Shown here: positions 62,998-64,000 of the stretch, one piece after another
How positions within the stretch are numbered: position 1 is the stretch's first letter
How the letters are laid out: the number at the start of each line of letters is the position of its first letter
NCBI GenBank assembly: GCA_963730535.1
Contig: CAVSRU010000010.1
Location: forward strand, 6,142-70,141
DNA length: 64,000 nt
Source of the DNA: an uncultured Solirubrobacteraceae bacterium
GTDB taxonomy: Bacteria; Actinomycetota; Thermoleophilia; Solirubrobacterales; Solirubrobacteraceae
Reading direction: 5' to 3'
Translations under genes and position numbers: made by a program
The notes under the pieces: model-generated
Database searches by the model: none
Told to the model about the DNA's origin: nothing
The model's input: the letters and a program-made list of their open reading frames with translations, nothing else

Positions 62998-63264
62998 TCA
63001 GACCGTTGAGTCCGAATCCGAGCCCTGCTGCTGCTGCGAGCCGCCGCCCTCGTCCTCGGGGCACGGCGTGCGACCCGATCCGTCACCCTCGGGCGCCTGG
63101 GGCTGCTGGGCCTCGGGTGCCTGGTACTGGATCGGCGTCGTGGTCTGCTGGGCCGGCGCGGGATCGCCTGCCGCCCAGCTCGACACCGCGGCTACGAGCG
63201 CCACGAGCATGGCGAGCGCGAGCACGTACAGCGCGACGTGCCACGGCCTGCGAGCTGCCTGCAT
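62998..63264 (-). CDS. small membrane-anchored Gln/Pro-rich hypothetical protein
   Basis: ATG 63264 with AAGGAG upstream. One TM segment (HVALYVLALAMLVALVAAV) followed by a low-complexity acidic Q/P-rich tail. 88 aa. Confidence 0.55.
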   Translation of the reverse strand: MQAARRPWHVALYVLALAMLVALVAAVSSWAAGDPAPAQQTTTPIQYQAPEAQQPQAPEGDGSGRTPCPEDEGGGSQQQQGSDSDSTV

Positions 63265-63384
63265 GGCGTGTGCTCCTTTCGTCGGGTACGCGGAGCACGC
63301 TGGCAAGCCTCCCGTCAGCCTCGGATAACGGGCCGCCGCAGTTCGAGGTAAGGCGTTTGGTGTCGCGGGTAGCATCAGTCACGA

Positions 63385-64000
63385 ATGTGGGAATCGGCCG
63401 TGGACGCCGCGGCCGCGCTGGAGCGCGCGCTCCACGGCCTCGGATCGGCCGTGGCCGGCGCGTCACCGGGGTGGCTCGCGCTCGGGCTGGGTCTGCACCT
63501 GCTGAATCAGGTGGCACGCGGGCGCGGCTGGTTCGCGGTCGTGCGGGCGGCGTGCCCGGACGAGCCGGCGCTGCGACGGCGTGACGTCGTCGCCGCCTGG
63601 ATCGCCGGCGCCGGTGCGGGCGGGATGTTCTCGGCGCGCGGCGGCGACGCCGTGCGGGTGCTGCTGCTGCGGCGCCGCGCCCCGGAGGCCGGCTGCCCGC
63701 TGATCGCCGGCACGATCGTCGCCGAGGGAGCCGGCGAGCTGGCCGTCGGGCTCGCGCTTCTGGCTGTGGCGCTGCTGGCCGGCGTGGGGCCCGAGCTGGG
63801 CGCGCCGACCTCGACGCTGGCGTTCGTGATCGCCGCGCTCGCCCTCGCCGTCCTGGCCGGCTCGCGCGTAGCGGCAGTACGCCGGGTCGCCTCGCGGGTG
63901 GGGATGGGCTGCGCGAGCCTGCGCTGCCCACGCCTCTACGCGCGCACCGTGCTCCCGTGGCAGCTCGTCAGCCGGGTCTGCCGCTTCGGCGCCCTCGCCT
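63385..64000 (+). CDS. lysylphosphatidylglycerol-synthase-TM-like (UPF0104) membrane protein, 3'-truncated by the window edge
   Basis: Not in the ORF track because there is no stop before the window end. ATG 63385 opens a frame with high GC3 that reads MWESAVDAAAALERALHGL..WLALGLGLHLLNQVARGRGWFAVVRAA.., a multi-TM protein. Confidence 0.55.
   Translation, partial: MWESAVDAAAALERALHGLGSAVAGASPGWLALGLGLHLLNQVARGRGWFAVVRAACPDEPALRRRDVVAAWIAGAGAGGMFSARGGDAVRVLLLRRRAPEAGCPLIAGTIVAEGAGELAVGLALLAVALLAGVGPELGAPTSTLAFVIAALALAVLAGSRVAAVRRVASRVGMGCASLRCPRLYARTVLPWQLVSRVCRFGALA

Noticed and set aside
1-64000. rRNA, tRNA, tmRNA, prophage, transposase, toxin-antitoxin or defence-system genes
   Set aside because: I looked for cloverleaf-like GC-poor islands, integrase/transposase motifs (DDE, tyrosine recombinase R..H..R..Y) and small paired ORFs. 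I found none that I can support by eye. A tRNAscan/Infernal run would be needed to fully exclude small RNAs.

Overview
Very GC-rich, actinobacterial-type chromosomal segment; I cannot verify taxonomy from sequence alone. It is densely packed with about 58 protein-coding genes, and I see no rRNA, tRNA, CRISPR array, transposase or prophage. Many long listed ORFs are Arg/Ala/Pro-rich antisense or read-through artefacts of the high GC content. I called genes from recognisable motifs, third-codon-position GC and start/stop coupling.

Gene content:
- Metabolism and transport: an SDR/class-II aldolase/SDR/cupin operon, LysE, EamA, MFS and APC transporters, an aminotransferase with an RraA-like protein, adenylate kinase, a CBS-type family II pyrophosphatase, XdhC, YceI with an FMN reductase, and TerC.
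- Carbohydrate enzymes: GH3 beta-glucosidase, a 1488-aa secreted GH92 alpha-mannosidase-like protein, and a GH13 amylosucrase-like enzyme.
- Signalling: a hybrid histidine kinase, a REC-adenylate cyclase, a Ser/Thr kinase with an FHA-HTH protein, two NarL-type two-component pairs, extra LuxR-type regulators, and two GGDEF-EAL proteins.

Points worth a second look:
1. A four-copy family of nested-palindromic, MITE-like elements at 20.7, 24.3, 36.0 and 52.0 kb. They share a 22-29 bp terminal inverted repeat but have variable, highly structured cores. All sit at gene 3' ends. They donate stop codons to two ORFs and the start codon to a third. I cannot assign them to a named family.
2. Seven apparent single-base frameshifts in only four genes, shown by clean jumps of the high-GC3 frame: FprA-type ferredoxin-NADP reductase, two adjacent secreted proteins, and one small anchored protein. 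One gene carries a compensated pair hidden inside an ORF that looks intact.
3. Three consecutive secreted proteins share an unnamed ~90-aa basic C-terminal module with a conserved Cys pair.
4. An alpha-oxoamine synthase gene is translationally coupled to a polytopic GAF-PAS-GGDEF-EAL sensor. This could be a signal synthase/receptor pair.
5. A soluble protein ends in a (G4-6C)3G4 tail and sits inside a kinase/cyclase signalling cluster.
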